From Opitutales bacterium (GTDB taxonomy: Bacteria > Verrucomicrobiota > Verrucomicrobiia > Opitutales > Coraliomargaritaceae), in the NCBI GenBank assembly GCA_049606355.1, contig JBMYVL010000003.1, forward strand, positions 120,001 to 152,000: a stretch of 32,000 nucleotides of DNA, written 5' to 3'. The notes under the pieces are model-generated. The model made no database searches, was not told the origin of the DNA, and saw nothing but the letters and a program-made list of their open reading frames with translations. The position numbers were made by a program, and so were the translations under genes. Below are positions 9,520 to 17,983 of the stretch, piece by piece (the stretch's first letter is position 1; each line of letters starts with the position of its first letter).

Positions 9520-10620
9520 CTAACGCAGTTTCAAAGTTGCCAAGCCGGCCATCGCAAAAATCAGCGATACGATCCAAAAGCGAATAACCACTTTGTTTTC
9601 ATGCCAGCCCTTCAGCTCAAAGTGATGATGGATGGGTGACATCTTAAAAATTCGTTTCCCACGCAGTTTAAATGAGCCGACTTGAAGAATGACCGAGAGG
9701 GCCTCTAGCACAAAGATACCCCCGACAATCATGAGTGTAAGGGGTTGGTGGACCATAAATGCGATCATACCGATCAATCCGCCCAAAGCCAGCGAACCGG
9801 TATCCCCCATAAAGACTTCCGCCGGATGCGAATTGTACCACAGGAAAGCCAGGCTGGCCCCAAGTAAAGCCGCACAAAGAATCGCCAGTTCGCCCACTCC
9901 TGGGACAAAACTAATGAATAAATAATCCGAAATGATGGCGTTACCCGCAGCATAGGCCATGATCGCATAGGCCAATGCAACGGTGACCGTACATCCTATC
10001 GCTAAGCCATCGACCCCATCCGTTAAATTGATGGCATTACTGGAACCTGCCAGGATCAGAAATAAGAACGGAGCCAATAGCCATAAGGACATTTCACTGA
10101 TCAAGACATTCTTGTAAAACGGCACCCACAGCTCACGCATCTTTTCAGCTGAGTCCGGTGAATGCAGCAGGAACAATAAGGCAAGTGCAGTCAGGCATGC
10201 TTGTCCGAGTAATTTAATGCGACCCGCTAAACCCGCACTATTCGCTTTGGAAATCTTCAAATAATCATCCCAAAAGCCAATTACGGTGAGCCCCGCATAA
10301 ACCATTAGTGCCGTATAAACGTAGACATTCGGGCGCGCCCATAACACCGCACTGACAATTACAGCGGCACAAATCATCAAGCCACCCATCGTCGGGGTCT
10401 GCGCTTTGGAAGCATGTAAGTCCGCCAAATCGCCCACTTCATCTTTACCGCGCAAGGATTGCTTGGCGCTCAAACGGCGCAGTTGTGCAAAAAGCCAAGG
10501 GCCGATGATAAAACCGATACTCATCGCAGTGACTCCAGCAAAGGCCGCACGTAGGGTCAGGTAGCGAAAGAGACGAAGGGGTCCGAAGTAAGCTTCAAAA
10601 TCGGCGAGGTAACTGAGCAT
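9520..10620 (-). CDS. mraY: Phospho-N-acetylmuramoyl-pentapeptide transferase
   Basis: A polytopic membrane ORF with MraY hallmarks (NAINLTDGVDGLA, MGDTGSLALGG, SPIHHHFELKGW). ATG at 10618-10620. Confidence 0.95.
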   Translation of the reverse strand: MLSYLADFEAYFGPLRLFRYLTLRAAFAGVTAMSIGFIIGPWLFAQLRRLSAKQSLRGKDEVGDLADLHASKAQTPTMGGLMICAAVIVSAVLWARPNVYVYTALMVYAGLTVIGFWDDYLKISKANSAGLAGRIKLLGQACLTALALLFLLHSPDSAEKMRELWVPFYKNVLISEMSLWLLAPFLFLILAGSSNAINLTDGVDGLAIGCTVTVALAYAIMAYAAGNAIISDYLFISFVPGVGELAILCAALLGASLAFLWYNSHPAEVFMGDTGSLALGGLIGMIAFMVHQPLTLMIVGGIFVLEALSVILQVGSFKLRGKRIFKMSPIHHHFELKGWHENKVVIRFWIVSLIFAMAGLATLKLR

Positions 10621-10629
10621 AGTGGTTGG

Positions 10630-11994
10630 TTAAATTGGCGCGTCGGTTTGTAAATCAGATGGCAGTAATGTTTCGAGTTGATACTCGCGACTGCCTTTCA
10701 GAAAGAGTGCAGCTTCAAAATCAGCAACATCTGATTTTAATTTTTCCACCGAATCGACACAGCGGATTTGGTTCGACTGGCATCCAACTTCATGAGCGCC
10801 CCTGGCATAGGCAGCCGTGAGTAAGTCCGGACCCACGAACCACGCGCGATCTCCAGCCCGTAAGCGAAGCGAACGTCCTACGGAGCAATGCAGTTCCTCG
10901 GCCGCTGAGCCCAACTCATTCATCGCCCCGAGTACATAACCACGCGGCTCCGTGCTTGCTAGGGTGCGGCCAAAAGCTGCCAGGGCATCCAGCATAGAGG
11001 CGGGGTTGGCATTATAACAATCGATGTAGTAACGCTGCGCCCCAGCACGCAGTATCTGGCCACGAATCGCACCCGGGCGCCATGCAGCCATACGCTCGCG
11101 GATTGTTTTCAAATTAACTCCCAACTCGCGGGCTGCAACGATTGCCAGTGCAGCATTGGACTGCACACCACGGCTCGTACTCGCGATTTCAAAATCCGTA
11201 TCGAATAAACGGATACCAGTCGGTCGATATTGATAGCGGACTACCCATGCCGCATTTTCGGGCACTGCCGAATCGTCACTCGCCAGCACGATCGAACGGC
11301 TGGCAAATGGTGCAAATTCGGCATAGGTAGAGGCTTCGGCAGGCAAAATCAATTTCGCATGCGAACGCGCATGCTGCATCAACTGTGCTTTCTCAGCAGC
11401 AACTCTTTCGACCGACTTTAATAATTCTAAATGCGCGGGACCGATGTGCGTCACGATCACCAGGTCTGCCGCAATCATACGTCCTAAATGAGCCATCTCT
11501 CCTGGTTGATTGATGCCTGCCTCGACAACGGCATAATCCTGATCCTGCAAACCAAACAATGTCATCGGAACACCCATTCGGTTATTCCAGTTGGCTTTGG
11601 TGGCGTGCGTGCGTGATTCGCCCAATAATTGCCGAAGCATTTCCTTCGTAGTGGTCTTCCCGCAACTGCCCGTGATACCAGTTACTAGGCCATGATAAGC
11701 GTCGCGCACTGCGGTCGCGATCGCTTCCATCGCAAGCAAGGTATCCGCCACCACCAACTGCGGAAGCAGACAGGACTGCACCCGCTCCAGCATCACGGCT
11801 CCTGCGCCTCGCTCAATCGCTTCCGCAACAAAATCATGGCCGTCGCGCACGCCATGGGTTAATGCGACAAAACAATCTCCAGGTTGCAGTAATCGCGTAT
11901 CGAAACAGAAGTTATGAATTCGTTTCGGTGTGAGCCCTTCAACCCACGAACCGCTGACCCATCCGGCGACTTCCCTGGGATCCAATTCAGCCAT
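10630..11994 (-). CDS. murF: UDP-N-acetylmuramoyl-tripeptide--D-alanyl-D-alanine ligase
   Basis: Mur ligase P-loop GITGSCGKTTTKEM. The track start at 11997 is TTG. The next codon is ATG at 11994, giving a TGATG overlap with the murE stop. Confidence 0.9.
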   Translation of the reverse strand: MAELDPREVAGWVSGSWVEGLTPKRIHNFCFDTRLLQPGDCFVALTHGVRDGHDFVAEAIERGAGAVMLERVQSCLLPQLVVADTLLAMEAIATAVRDAYHGLVTGITGSCGKTTTKEMLRQLLGESRTHATKANWNNRMGVPMTLFGLQDQDYAVVEAGINQPGEMAHLGRMIAADLVIVTHIGPAHLELLKSVERVAAEKAQLMQHARSHAKLILPAEASTYAEFAPFASRSIVLASDDSAVPENAAWVVRYQYRPTGIRLFDTDFEIASTSRGVQSNAALAIVAARELGVNLKTIRERMAAWRPGAIRGQILRAGAQRYYIDCYNANPASMLDALAAFGRTLASTEPRGYVLGAMNELGSAAEELHCSVGRSLRLRAGDRAWFVGPDLLTAAYARGAHEVGCQSNQIRCVDSVEKLKSDVADFEAALFLKGSREYQLETLLPSDLQTDAPI

Positions 11995-13487
11995 CAATCC
12001 TCTTTAACATTGAACGACTTCAACTGAAGTAACTCACGAGTCACTTGACGATCATCAAAAGGAATGACCGTGCCATCAAATTCTTGATAACTTTCATGCC
12101 CCTTACCAGCGATTAACACACAGTCACCCGCTTGCGCCGTATCCAATGCGAGCGATATCGCCCGCTTGCGATCGGAAACAAAAGCCACAGACTTGAGTGC
12201 CTCTGCCGCGGTTCCCTTACGCATATCAGCGAAGATTTGCTCCAACGATTCAGAGCGTGGGTTATCGGCAGTCACGAAAACGGAGGATGCGCCCTCGAGC
12301 GCGGCGCGTAACATTGGCGCACGCTTCGAACGATCGCGGTCGCCGCCACAGCCAAAGACGACAATCAAGCGACCTGAAGTGACTTCTCGCAGCATACCAC
12401 AGGCATGTTTGAGTGCATCATCCGTATGGGCATAATCGATCAAGACATTATAATTTTGCCCACAATCGACGCGCTCCATACGCCCCGGGACACCCGGAAA
12501 TCTAGGCAGACGCAGTAAGCACGGCTCCAAGGACCCACCCTTTGCGTAGACAACGGCAAAAGCCGCCAGGAGATTACTGACATTATAGCGACCTAATAAA
12601 GGCGATACGACTCGCGTTCGCCCCTCAGGCCAAATCAGTTCAAATGAAGTTTGGTCTGCTTCGAGTACAATAGCTTCAGCACGGATAAGGGCATTCGGAC
12701 TCATTCCAAAACTTACCACAGGCATTCGAGCACCAATCGCTGCGATCAAGCGCTGACCGTAAGGGCAATCATAGTTGACCACTGCCGCCTTCGGATGAGG
12801 CTGCGTCGCATCCAGAAAGAGTCGTTCCTTCACGGCATAGTACGCATCCATCGATTCATGGTAGTCGATATGATCTTGAGTCAGATTAAGAAAGACCGCG
12901 ACATCGAGATTCAACCCATGCACGCGCTTTTGATCAATGCCGTGGGAACTAATTTCCATAACTGCCTCCGAGCAGTCATTTTGAATCATCTGTGATAAGA
13001 GCGCGTAGACATCGACCGACTCCGGAGTGGTCTTGAAGGATGGTAGGCTACGTCGGCCTAAATCGTAACGGATGGTGCCGAGTAAGCCTACGGTGTCCAC
13101 ACCGCCGAGCAAATACTGGAGCAGCATCGATACAGTTGTCTTGCCATTGGTGCCGGTAATACCGGTGATCGCTAAGTCCTCATCAGGGCTCTCATAAAAC
13201 GCTTTGGATACCACTGCGAGCGTCGCGCGGACATCGCTGACTTGGATGCAGTCAATCGGCAGGTGTGAACCACAGTTCTGCTCGGTAACAATTGCCACAG
13301 CACCACGATCAACAGCTTCTTCAATGTAATAGTTACCATCGGTGCGCAGGCCACCGATCGCAAAAAAGAGAGCGCCCGGAACGACCCGCCGACTATCGGT
13401 GATCAAGCAGGTCACCGCAGCAGCCCCATCTCCATGGTGTTGTTCGATTTCAACACCGGAAAATAACTCTTGGACGCTTTTGAGCAT
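11994..13487 (-). CDS. murE: UDP-N-acetylmuramoyl-L-alanyl-D-glutamate--2,6-diaminopimelate ligase
   Basis: P-loop GITGTNGKTTVSML and a DNPR motif (TADNPRSE) typical of meso-DAP-adding MurE. The ATG at 13487 (M39 of the track ORF) gives normal spacing to the DSRRV motif and a normal length. The alternative ATG at 13601 would overlap ftsI by 29 nt. Confidence 0.85.
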   Translation of the reverse strand: MLKSVQELFSGVEIEQHHGDGAAAVTCLITDSRRVVPGALFFAIGGLRTDGNYYIEEAVDRGAVAIVTEQNCGSHLPIDCIQVSDVRATLAVVSKAFYESPDEDLAITGITGTNGKTTVSMLLQYLLGGVDTVGLLGTIRYDLGRRSLPSFKTTPESVDVYALLSQMIQNDCSEAVMEISSHGIDQKRVHGLNLDVAVFLNLTQDHIDYHESMDAYYAVKERLFLDATQPHPKAAVVNYDCPYGQRLIAAIGARMPVVSFGMSPNALIRAEAIVLEADQTSFELIWPEGRTRVVSPLLGRYNVSNLLAAFAVVYAKGGSLEPCLLRLPRFPGVPGRMERVDCGQNYNVLIDYAHTDDALKHACGMLREVTSGRLIVVFGCGGDRDRSKRAPMLRAALEGASSVFVTADNPRSESLEQIFADMRKGTAAEALKSVAFVSDRKRAISLALDTAQAGDCVLIAGKGHESYQEFDGTVIPFDDRQVTRELLQLKSFNVKED

Positions 13488-13572
13488 GGTTTGCTTCGGA
13501 CTAGAGTCGGACTGACTCGCAAAGAAACGTCTCGGGTTGAGTGGCCGTGCCGACTCTGCGCTCAATAGCGTG

Positions 13573-15384
13573 CTAATTTGAAATTCGGCGAGTCCGATCA
13601 TAAAAACTGTCTTTGAGTGCCAATGAAGCTGGCAGTTGTTTATCCGCGGGGATGCCCAAATAAGGGATACATGCCGCTGCGATCTTTTTAAATGTGGGGC
13701 CGCAAATCTTGCCTCCGGATGCGCTCACTCCTTTCGGATGATCCACAACTACAGTGATTGCTAATTCGGGATTGGATGCGGGTAAAAAGCCACTAAACGA
13801 GGCGACATGTTGTGATTCCGAATAACGACCATTAACGATTTTCTGGGTTGTTCCGGTCTTACCCGCCACCGTGTAGTTATCCATGCGTACATAATTGCGC
13901 GCGGTCCCGACCTCAACGACATCGGTCAGCATGGCAACCACCGCCTCCGCAGTTTCGGTTGAGACCACTCGCCGCTTAGCTGTGGGCCGAAACCGAACGA
14001 TATCGGTGCCCTGTGCGTCAAAAACACGCTGAGCAAATAAGGGCTCCATCAAGACTCCACGATTGGCCATGACCGACATCGCGAAATGAACCTGCAAAGG
14101 CGTCGCACTGACAGCATGCCCCATTGGTAGACGAGTAATCGTCAGCCCGTCCCAACGATTGACGGTATGTAAGATGCCACTGCCTTCACCGGTCAAATCG
14201 CAGCCGGTTTTTTCGCCATAGCCAAAAGCTGCTGCGTAGTCATACAGACGCTCCGCACCCAATAGCATACCGACCTGAGCCGATCCACGGTTACTCGACT
14301 TTACGATCACGTTGTGCAAATCAAGGCGGTCCGCTTTAATATGCTTATCCTTCGGCAAACCCACGGTGCGCCCTGCATATTGCACGCTGGCTAGATTCGT
14401 GGCGAACTCCTGATCCGTGCGGACGATCCCCTCGTTCAAAGCACCCGCAATCGGTACAATCTTAAATGTTGAACCCGGCTCAAAGGGATCGGTCAGCGCG
14501 CGATTGCGTTGGTTTCCAAGCGGGTATTGAGACGTATTGAAATATTCATTCGGATCGTAAGTGGGATAATTGGCAAGTGCCATTACCGCTCCTGTAGTGG
14601 GCTCACTGACAATAATGCTCACACTATCCGGATCGTAGTCTTCAACAAGGCGCTCAATTTCAGCCTCCACAATATGCTGCACCATTTGGTCGATGCTCAG
14701 TTCCACGTTCAGTCCGTCCGTTGGAGTGACCTCGCGCTCCCGATACTGCGCCAGCTCACGACGACGACCATCGCGTTCAGTCTCAAACCAACCATCTTGA
14801 CCACGCAGATAATAATCAAAACTACGCTCGATACCACTGGCAGGCGTCTCCTCTTTATTAACGAAACCTAAAACATGAGCTGCCAATTGGCCTCCCGGAT
14901 AAGTGCGACTGTAGTGACTATTTCCATACACGCCTTTAATACCCAAAGCGGCAATTGCATCCGCAGTATCCTGATCCAGATCCTTCGCTAAGGGAACCCA
15001 ACGTACTAAATACGGTTCACCGGTATCACCCCTCCGTTTAGTCTTGGTATGAAGCGCTCGCTCGATCTCAGCCAACGGCTTATTGAGCAATTTTGCTAGC
15101 TCGGGCAATTTGTCTCGATCGGCTTCGCGTATTGACTGTGGGTCAACCCCCACGTTGACCGTGGTGTGGGTCGTCGCCAGTAGGTTGCCCCGGCAATCCA
15201 CCACGTTTCCACGACGCGCCTTGACCACTTTAACCATGCGTCGACTGCTCTCGATCTGCTCAAGCCAGTCAGCATGATCCCATACCTGCAAGTAAACCAA
15301 GCGACCCAGCAGTACCGCAAATGCCATAGCAATAGCCGTGTAGACCAGCGTGGCGCGTTGACTGCAGACAAAAGCTTTACTCAT
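13573..15384 (-). CDS. ftsI: Class B penicillin-binding protein (division transpeptidase FtsI/PBP3)
   Basis: An N-terminal TM anchor (LVYTAIAMAFAVLLGRLVYLQ). Transpeptidase motifs SxxK (GSTFK), SxN (KSSN) and KTG (AGKTGT) are present. ATG at 15382-15384. Confidence 0.9.
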   Translation of the reverse strand: MSKAFVCSQRATLVYTAIAMAFAVLLGRLVYLQVWDHADWLEQIESSRRMVKVVKARRGNVVDCRGNLLATTHTTVNVGVDPQSIREADRDKLPELAKLLNKPLAEIERALHTKTKRRGDTGEPYLVRWVPLAKDLDQDTADAIAALGIKGVYGNSHYSRTYPGGQLAAHVLGFVNKEETPASGIERSFDYYLRGQDGWFETERDGRRRELAQYREREVTPTDGLNVELSIDQMVQHIVEAEIERLVEDYDPDSVSIIVSEPTTGAVMALANYPTYDPNEYFNTSQYPLGNQRNRALTDPFEPGSTFKIVPIAGALNEGIVRTDQEFATNLASVQYAGRTVGLPKDKHIKADRLDLHNVIVKSSNRGSAQVGMLLGAERLYDYAAAFGYGEKTGCDLTGEGSGILHTVNRWDGLTITRLPMGHAVSATPLQVHFAMSVMANRGVLMEPLFAQRVFDAQGTDIVRFRPTAKRRVVSTETAEAVVAMLTDVVEVGTARNYVRMDNYTVAGKTGTTQKIVNGRYSESQHVASFSGFLPASNPELAITVVVDHPKGVSASGGKICGPTFKKIAAACIPYLGIPADKQLPASLALKDSFYDRTRRISN

Positions 15385-15406
15385 GGATGGGTACGCGTGC
15401 GATCAC

Positions 15407-15595
15407 TTAATGATTCTTATAGCGTCGCTCCAATTGACGGAGCGTTCGACGCGATGGGCGCAGCGGTTTAATCTGCGTCGTTGCTTGATTCACGTTTACA
15501 GCGTGGCGTAACCGAGAGAGCCAATGTTGCGCCCAGCGGTGCTTGATTTCAAGATAGGCCTCGAGGGCGCTTGAGCCATCAGTTAAAAGAGACAT
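15407..15595 (-). CDS. Hypothetical small basic protein (62 aa) filling the ftsL-ftsI gap
   Basis: The ATG at 15593-15595 lies 15 nt after the ftsL-like stop. The stop at 15407 lies 22 nt before the ftsI ATG. It is on the same strand as the operon. There is no TM segment and no recognisable motif. Support comes only from the ORF's fit to the gap. Confidence 0.3.
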   Translation of the reverse strand: MSLLTDGSSALEAYLEIKHRWAQHWLSRLRHAVNVNQATTQIKPLRPSRRTLRQLERRYKNH

Positions 15596-15610
15596 GATAC
15601 TAGGGGTTTG

Positions 15611-15985
15611 TTAGCGAGTGGTTAAGTTAACAAAGGCCAAATCCGCGGCAGCCCGATAGGGTGCTGCGTGGGCATAGCTACGACCTGTGATCCCGGATCG
15701 CTCAGTAACCCGCACGATCTGCCCTGCTTTGCTCGGGCGCAAACGACCGGCGACCTTGCCCTGCAGGACGACTGGCTGGTGGGACTTGGAAATCTTTTCA
15801 TCAATGTAGCGTAACTTCGCATCAATCTCAGCGAGGTCCTGCTCTAAACGTACACTACTGCGCGCTGTTTGATTAATTTGTTGCTGCATCCAAACCAGCG
15901 CAAACGCACTGCACGCGACAACGGTGAGCATCCCACTCAGGAGTAGGATACATCGACCTCGGGGTATAATTCGTTGGAATGACAT
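15611..15985 (-). CDS. ftsL: FtsL-like bitopic division protein (TM helix plus coiled coil)
   Basis: The track start at 16081 is TTG and overlaps rsmH. The internal ATG at 15985 (cat 15983-15985) lies 19 nt after the rsmH stop. It gives MSFQRIIPRGRCILLLSGMLTVVACSAFALVWMQQQINQTARSSVRLEQDLAEIDAKLRYIDEKI. This is a short cytoplasmic tail, a TM helix and a heptad-like helix. Its position between rsmH and ftsI is canonical. Confidence 0.6.
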   Translation of the reverse strand: MSFQRIIPRGRCILLLSGMLTVVACSAFALVWMQQQINQTARSSVRLEQDLAEIDAKLRYIDEKISKSHQPVVLQGKVAGRLRPSKAGQIVRVTERSGITGRSYAHAAPYRAAADLAFVNLTTR

Positions 15986-16004
15986 AGGGTATGAGTCGTA
16001 GCGG

Positions 16005-16961
16005 TTAAAGGCGGCGCAGCGCACGCAGCCGAGCACTTCGACTGCGCGGATTGCGGTCAATTTCTGCTTGGCTGGGGACAATGGGACGGGTTGAAATCAT
16101 TTTTGCGCGCTCTTGGCGCTCATCCTGGGTACGCGTATCACCGGCATGTTCGGGACGGCCTGCCATGCGTCGGCAGAAACGCTTGACGATACGATCTTCG
16201 AGGGAGTGAAAACTAATCGCGGCTAAAACTCCTCCGGGTAAGAGGCGATCGAACGCAGCCGGTAAGCCGCGCTCGATCGCACTCAACTCATCATTCACTT
16301 CTATTCGTATACCCTGAAAGCTACGTGTAGCGGGATGCACGGCCGACCGACCCCGCGGTGTCGGCCCCACGGCCTCCGCGATCAATTCAGCAAGAGTCGC
16401 CGTACGCTGTAAGCGACCCGTACCGCGTGCCTGCAAAATGGCTGCGACAACTCGGCGCCACCGTTTTTCTTCACCATAGTTGCGCACGGCGCGAACCAGG
16501 GCAGCCTCCTCCGCCGTCTCCAAAAAATCTGCCGCGCTGATCCCAGCATCTGGATTCATGCGCATGTCCGCGGGCGCATCGGTGCGAAAAGAAAACCCGC
16601 GCGCTGCAGTATCCAACTGAAATGATGACAAACCAAAATCAAAGAGCACACCACTGAAGCCTTGCTCCTGCAGTTCAGCTAAATCACCAAAATTCATCGC
16701 GTAAAATCGCAAGGACGCACCATACTCTGCCTGCAAGGCATCGGCGCGGACAGCCGCCTCGGGATCGCGATCCAAAGCCACGACCGTCACACCTTCACAG
16801 GCATTCAGCATCGCTGTGGTATGCCCACCGCCACCAAAGGTACCATCCAGCAGTTTTGCACCTGCAGTGGGCGCAAGCAGTTCCAACGTCTCCTCCAATA
16901 AGACGGGAACATGACCACCTAACGCGGCGCCATAGGAAACTTCATCGGTGGAGCAATACAT
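16005..16961 (-). CDS. rsmH: 16S rRNA (cytosine1402-N4)-methyltransferase
   Basis: HVPVLLEETLELL, a SAM-binding motif (DGTFGGGGHT) and DFGLSSFQLD. ATG at 16959-16961, with an in-frame stop 4 codons upstream. Confidence 0.92.
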   Translation of the reverse strand: MYCSTDEVSYGAALGGHVPVLLEETLELLAPTAGAKLLDGTFGGGGHTTAMLNACEGVTVVALDRDPEAAVRADALQAEYGASLRFYAMNFGDLAELQEQGFSGVLFDFGLSSFQLDTAARGFSFRTDAPADMRMNPDAGISAADFLETAEEAALVRAVRNYGEEKRWRRVVAAILQARGTGRLQRTATLAELIAEAVGPTPRGRSAVHPATRSFQGIRIEVNDELSAIERGLPAAFDRLLPGGVLAAISFHSLEDRIVKRFCRRMAGRPEHAGDTRTQDERQERAKMISTRPIVPSQAEIDRNPRSRSARLRALRRL

Positions 16962-17178
16962 TGAGACAACTTTTTAAAATCGAAACACTCAGCTGCGGCT
17001 GGCGTGCTTCGACACGTGCGCGACGCTGTTGGGCAGCTCGTACTGTATCCGTTTGCGTGAAACGGCTCTGGGGTGGCGCAGTGAATTGCCAAGGTTCTGG
17101 ACGTTCACTGCTGGGGTGAGTGATGTAACCAGAGCTTCTAAAATTTTCGCGGGCGATTGCTTCGAGTGGATTGGCCAT
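16942..17178 (-). CDS. Hypothetical 78-aa protein filling the mraZ-rsmH gap
   Basis: The ATG at 17176-17178 lies 21 nt after the mraZ stop. The frame runs through the whole 238-nt gap and ends 20 nt inside rsmH. It is on the same strand as the operon. No motif is recognised. Support comes only from the ORF's fit to the gap. Confidence 0.25.
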   Translation of the reverse strand: MANPLEAIARENFRSSGYITHPSSERPEPWQFTAPPQSRFTQTDTVRAAQQRRARVEARQPQLSVSILKSCLNVLLHR

Positions 17179-17199
17179 GGTTACTTCGGGGGTTAACGA

Positions 17200-17661
17200 T
17201 CAGATTCCAAAACGCTTAAAGATGGCAGCGCGCGCGGCCTTGTCGGTTGGCTTACCGGCAAGCATGGATTCGTAGAGCTCCTCACTATAAATACTGAAAG
17301 TCGCCACCTTACCGAGCAGTACGGCGCCCTTCTTTAAATTCGCGCCTTCAATCAAACTGTCGTTGAGCTTGATGCGCCCCTGCTTATCGCAGCTGAGGTC
17401 TTGTGCGCCATCCAACAACTCAGTGACTGCCATTTGGCCTTCCGCATCCTCCAGCGGCACTTGGGCAATCGCTTCTTCTAATTTAGCCGCCATTTTCGGC
17501 GGGTAGATGGCAATCGATCCATCGCTAATCGGCAGGGCCAGAAATGCATTAGCGCTACTCTCGGCATCCGGGCGCCAGGCAGCGGGCATGGTAAGGCGCC
17601 CTTTTTCGTCCAAATTGTGACGAAATTTACCAACGAACCGGCCTGTTTTGACTAAACTCAT
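17200..17661 (-). CDS. mraZ: Transcriptional regulator MraZ
   Basis: 153 aa with the duplicated MraZ/SpoVT-AbrB half-domains, each carrying the DxxxR motif (LDEKGRLTMP and CDKQGRIKLN). It is the first gene of the dcw cluster. ATG at 17659-17661. Confidence 0.9.
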   Translation of the reverse strand: MSLVKTGRFVGKFRHNLDEKGRLTMPAAWRPDAESSANAFLALPISDGSIAIYPPKMAAKLEEAIAQVPLEDAEGQMAVTELLDGAQDLSCDKQGRIKLNDSLIEGANLKKGAVLLGKVATFSIYSEELYESMLAGKPTDKAARAAIFKRFGI

Positions 17662-17682
17662 TCCCGCTAATTAACCATTTTC

Positions 17683-17708
17683 ACCCAAAACGCCCCATTT
17701 TGCCCCAC
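17683..17708 (-). promoter_or_regulatory. Putative MraZ operator: three direct TGGGK repeats at 10-bp phasing
   Basis: The minus strand reads GTGGGGCAAAATGGGGCGTTTTGGGTGAAAATGG. Repeats lie at 17703-17708 (GTGGGG), 17693-17697 (TGGGG) and 17683-17687 (TGGGT), each followed by a 5-nt spacer. The nearest repeat ends 22 nt upstream of the mraZ ATG. This matches the GTGGG-N5 direct-repeat architecture described for the E. coli MraZ operator. Confidence 0.6.
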
Positions 17709-17983
17709 CTGTCAAGGGATTTTCTCCCCCGACATCCTGTGAATAACTTGGTTATAAGTGACTTAAGCGACTGTAGCCTGAATCGTTACGCACTTATTCA
17801 CCGCCGAAACTTTTACCCTCTTCATGTTTCCCCTTCAGCGACAGGCTACCATCACCCCATGACTGATTACCTCCAGATACTGCTGAATGGGCCGATGCGA
17901 GTTGCACTCGGTTCATTCCTGTTCCCTATCATGGGTGTTGACCTGCTCTAACTGGCGGGCAGCATCCGCCCTACGCTAACGGT

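Noticed and set aside
17700-17951. 83-aa plus-strand ORF in the mraZ/cytochrome intergenic region
   Set aside because: It starts with TTG, has no Shine-Dalgarno motif or recognisable motif, and overlaps the putative MraZ operator and promoter. The region is more plausibly a 322-nt divergent regulatory region.
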